64,000 bases of DNA from an uncultured Spirochaetota bacterium (lineage in GTDB: Bacteria > Spirochaetota > Spirochaetia > SZUA-6 > Fen-1364), in NCBI GenBank assembly GCA_963820525.1, contig CAWGAA010000003.1:1-64000 (forward strand), read 5' to 3'. The notes beneath the pieces were generated by a model. It was not told the origin of the DNA. It searched no databases and worked only from the letters and a program-made list of their open reading frames with translations. A program made the translations under genes and the position numbers. Shown here piece by piece: positions 61,224 to 64,000 of this stretch. Position 1 is the first letter of the stretch. Each line of letters opens with the position of its first letter.

Positions 61224-62504
61224 TCAATTCGCCAGATGGGGCGTCGGCCGCTCCCCCTTCACCCGCATTGCGGCAAGGTGGCCCAGGAACACAACGGAGC
61301 TTGCAAGGAGGAAACCCGCCGCGGCCGCGAATGTCCGTGAATACCCCTGCCCCCTGATGAGATAGCCTCCCGTCACGGCGGAGAAGGCAAGCCCAAGGGT
61401 GGTTGCCATGTTGGCTACTCCGGACATGAGGGGACGCCAGCGTGAAGTGACGATCTGCAGGATATAGACCTGCATGGCCGCCTCGTTGATCGAGTTGGCC
61501 GCCGTCATTCCCGCCCACCCGAGCGCAGCCGCCGCCCAGTGCGGGAAAATCGAGAGGGGAACGACGCTCGCCATCATGACAAGGAGGCTCACCAGGGAAA
61601 CAGGACCTGTTCCCCTGCGTTTTGCCAGGACGGGCATGAGCGGGGTGAACGCGATTGCGGCAATCGAGGAGACGCTCACCAGGAGCCCGACCAGCGCGGT
61701 GGGAAGCCCGAGCTTCTCGTCGAGGTAGACGTTGTAGAAGTTGAGCACGCCCCCGTAGCCCATCTCGCGGAGGAAGCGTATCAGCGCGATCACGGAAACG
61801 ATCCCGAGGGGAAAGCGCCGCACCGAGGCCCTCTCCCTCTCCTCGCCGCCCGGAGCTTCGCGGAACATCGACAGGGCGACCAGACCCGGGATGAGAATGA
61901 CCACCGCCGTCCAGAGCGAAAAGCCATAGGGAGCGGGAGAGGAGAGCGAGCCGAGGTTCAGAGATGAAAAGAGCTGGGGCAGGAGGCCCCCGATGAGGCT
62001 GCCGCCGAAGGACGTGAGGGATACGATCGTGCCGTTGAAGGCGAAGGCGTAGGTGCTGGATCCTCCCCCGGCCGCGCTCATCAGGGCCGGGTTGGAGTTC
62101 ACCAGGAATATCGCACCGCCGATTGACGAAAGCACCCGGGAGGCGACGAGCGTCTCCATGACGCCTCCGCCGGGCAGGAAGGCAGCCACCGGCGCCATCC
62201 CCCAGCCCGCAATCGCCATGATGCCGCCCGATATCATCGACCGCCGGATGCCGAAGCGCACCCCGATCGCTCCGGCGGGCACGCTTGCCGCCATGTGGAT
62301 GATGTATCCGAGGAAATTGAGATTCCCCATCACCTCGGTTCCATATCCGAGACGGCGCACGAAGAGGTTGGTGAGAAGATACGTGATGCCCCAGTAGGTG
62401 AAACCGAGGAGACCGGCTACGGTGAACAGCAGGTAGACATTGCGGTCGAAACCTCGAATCGCGGAAGCCCAGCTCTGCCGCTGCCCCCTGTCAGGTTCTC
62501 TCAC
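61224..62504 (-). CDS. MFS transporter
   Basis: About 12 hydrophobic segments and a motif-A-like GAIGVRFGIRR. Probable GTG start at 62504. Confidence 0.88.
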   Translation of the reverse strand: MREPDRGQRQSWASAIRGFDRNVYLLFTVAGLLGFTYWGITYLLTNLFVRRLGYGTEVMGNLNFLGYIIHMAASVPAGAIGVRFGIRRSMISGGIMAIAGWGMAPVAAFLPGGGVMETLVASRVLSSIGGAIFLVNSNPALMSAAGGGSSTYAFAFNGTIVSLTSFGGSLIGGLLPQLFSSLNLGSLSSPAPYGFSLWTAVVILIPGLVALSMFREAPGGEERERASVRRFPLGIVSVIALIRFLREMGYGGVLNFYNVYLDEKLGLPTALVGLLVSVSSIAAIAFTPLMPVLAKRRGTGPVSLVSLLVMMASVVPLSIFPHWAAAALGWAGMTAANSINEAAMQVYILQIVTSRWRPLMSGVANMATTLGLAFSAVTGGYLIRGQGYSRTFAAAAGFLLASSVVFLGHLAAMRVKGERPTPHLAN

Positions 62505-62534
62505 CTCCGAGTCCCCCGATCCCCAATGTCTTAA

Positions 62535-62563
62535 AGTATCGCGGAGGCCGGGCAAGAGGTCAA
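62535..62563 (-). promoter_or_regulatory. sigma70-type promoter upstream of MFS-hgcA-hgcB
   Basis: TTGACC-17 bp-GATACT. Confidence 0.55.
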
Positions 62564-62628
62564 CGCGTTGCCCCGGAAATCGCGGCCCTTCCGCATCGCC
62601 CAACGCCGCGCTATGATGGGCCTCGCAG

Positions 62629-63423
62629 ATGGCACGAATCCTCATCGGCACGAGCGGCTACTCTTACGACGATTGGGTGGGGCCCCTCTATCCCCCGGGA
62701 ACTCCCAAGAGCGGCTTCCTCTCCCTCTACGCCCGGGAGTTCCCCATTGTGGAGCTCAACTTCTCCTACTATGCCCAGCCGAGCCCCCGCACTCTCCAGA
62801 GAATGGTGGAGAACACCCCCGAGGGGTTTCTCTTCTCCCTGAAGGCGCATCGAAGCATGACTCATGAGATCTCGGATACCTGGGAGAAGGACGTGGCAGT
62901 CTTCCGCGAGGGGATCCAACCCCTCGTGGAGGCGGGCCGCCTGAGCGCGGTGCTTCTCCAGTTCCCCTACAGCTTCGCCTACACTCCGGAGTCCCGGCAG
63001 AGGCTTGCCGCCCTCTGCGACAGGCTCTCGGGCCTGCCGCTCGCCGTCGAGTTTCGAAAAAGCGAATGGCAGAAAGACGCGGTTCTCGAGGGGCTTCGCC
63101 GGCGGTCGATCGGCCTGGTGAGCGTGGACGAGCCAGACCTTCCCCGCCTGCTCAAACCCACAGCCGAGGTCACCGCGGATCTTTCCTATGTTCGATTTCA
63201 CGGCAGGAACAAGGAAAACTGGTGGGCCGGAGACAACGCCTCCCGCTACGATTACCTCTACGGCAGAGAGGAGCTCATTCCATGGGTGCAGAGGATCAAG
63301 GAGATCCTCCACAGGGCCCGCGTGCTCCTTTTGTTCTTCAACAACCACGCGAGGGGAAGGGCGGTTCAGAACGCCCGGGAGATGCGGGAAATCCTCCGCG
63401 AGGAGGGGCTCCCGGTCGCGTGA
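62629..63423 (+). CDS. DUF72 (YecE-like) protein
   Basis: IGTSGYSY, VELNFSYY, LLQFP, YVRFHGR and FFNN. Confidence 0.92.
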   Translation: MARILIGTSGYSYDDWVGPLYPPGTPKSGFLSLYAREFPIVELNFSYYAQPSPRTLQRMVENTPEGFLFSLKAHRSMTHEISDTWEKDVAVFREGIQPLVEAGRLSAVLLQFPYSFAYTPESRQRLAALCDRLSGLPLAVEFRKSEWQKDAVLEGLRRRSIGLVSVDEPDLPRLLKPTAEVTADLSYVRFHGRNKENWWAGDNASRYDYLYGREELIPWVQRIKEILHRARVLLLFFNNHARGRAVQNAREMREILREEGLPVA

Positions 63424-63544
63424 GCCCCACTCCCTGCCCTCCCGTTCGCGAACGGGTGGGAAACCGTGTACGCGTTCTTCGGCATCTCTTCATCCAAGGA
63501 TTCTTCCCGGGCACCGAATCAGTCCGGGACCATGCGGAAGAGCT

Positions 63545-64000
63545 TCAATTATGGGGATGAGCCCGCCGACTCTCCAGCCAGACGGCCAGCCTGGCGAAAT
63601 AAGAGTCATTCGGATTCGAATCGACCGCCTTCAAGAGGGCATTCACAACGTATTTAACCTGACCGTGGATGGGGCTAGTCGGGAAGCACTCCACGAGCGA
63701 GCATCCCGTCTTCAACGCGGCATCGGTGTAGTCGGGGTCGAACTTCATGTATCCGGCGAATCTGATCGGGACCTCCTTTTTCAGGAGGGAGACAACCTCG
63801 TCCTTCGTGTCCTGGAAGAACACCGCAGCCTCTTCGAGGTGCCCGGCGTTCATGACGACGACGGCGATCGGCGTGTTTATATCGCGCCCGGCGAGAGTCC
63901 GGGCAGCCTGGTATACCCAACCGGGAGTGGAGGGCCCATTCACCACGAAAAGGACCACCTCGTCGGCGGGTGTGGGAAGTCCGGTCTCAGGGATGGAGGA
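63545..64000 (-). CDS. 3' part of a gene running off the window, possibly MinD/ParA-like
   Basis: The frame is open to the window edge; VVVMN...FAGYMKFDP...LVECFPTSP pattern. Confidence 0.45.
   Translation of the reverse strand, partial: SSIPETGLPTPADEVVLFVVNGPSTPGWVYQAARTLAGRDINTPIAVVVMNAGHLEEAAVFFQDTKDEVVSLLKKEVPIRFAGYMKFDPDYTDAALKTGCSLVECFPTSPIHGQVKYVVNALLKAVDSNPNDSYFARLAVWLESRRAHPHN

Overview
GC-rich bacterial DNA, most likely from a spirochaete. This assignment is inferred from the tig-clpP-clpX-lon cluster and the 'LFAGG/LWAGG'-type signal peptides on the solute-binding proteins. The window has four parts. (1) 1-3.2 kb is a nest of insertion sequences. An IS256 (601-2218, 9-bp target duplication) sits inside an IS110 element, and the IS110 sits inside an IS91-like transposase gene. 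The IS110 3' non-coding region folds into a bridge-RNA-like structure whose loops match both its own right end and the flanking target. (2) 3.5-34 kb is mostly core genome: lon, clpX, clpP, tig, five tRNAs, a malic enzyme, a 47-aa ribbon-helix-helix gene missing from the ORF track, fur-feoB-dtxR with a Fur box, mltG-plsC-DAGK, DHH-CBS, corA, a heterodimeric ABC exporter, an OmpA/amidase/triple-YARHG/TolB-like envelope cluster, an ECF sigma factor and a HEPN-MNT pair. (3) 34-59.7 kb is a decaying mosaic. It holds remnants of a second hgcA and hgcB, IS21, IS91-like and IS256 pieces, a 339-bp IS21 deletion derivative, and sugar ABC/AraC/GH2 clusters, several of them frameshifted. (4) 59.7-64 kb carries an intact mercury-methylation locus, MFS-hgcA-hgcB. 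Its HgcB has a long Gly/Ala/Cys tail, and it ends about 40 bp from an IS91-like ori end, an ISCR-like arrangement that could mobilise it. All family assignments come from motif recognition by eye; no database searches were run.
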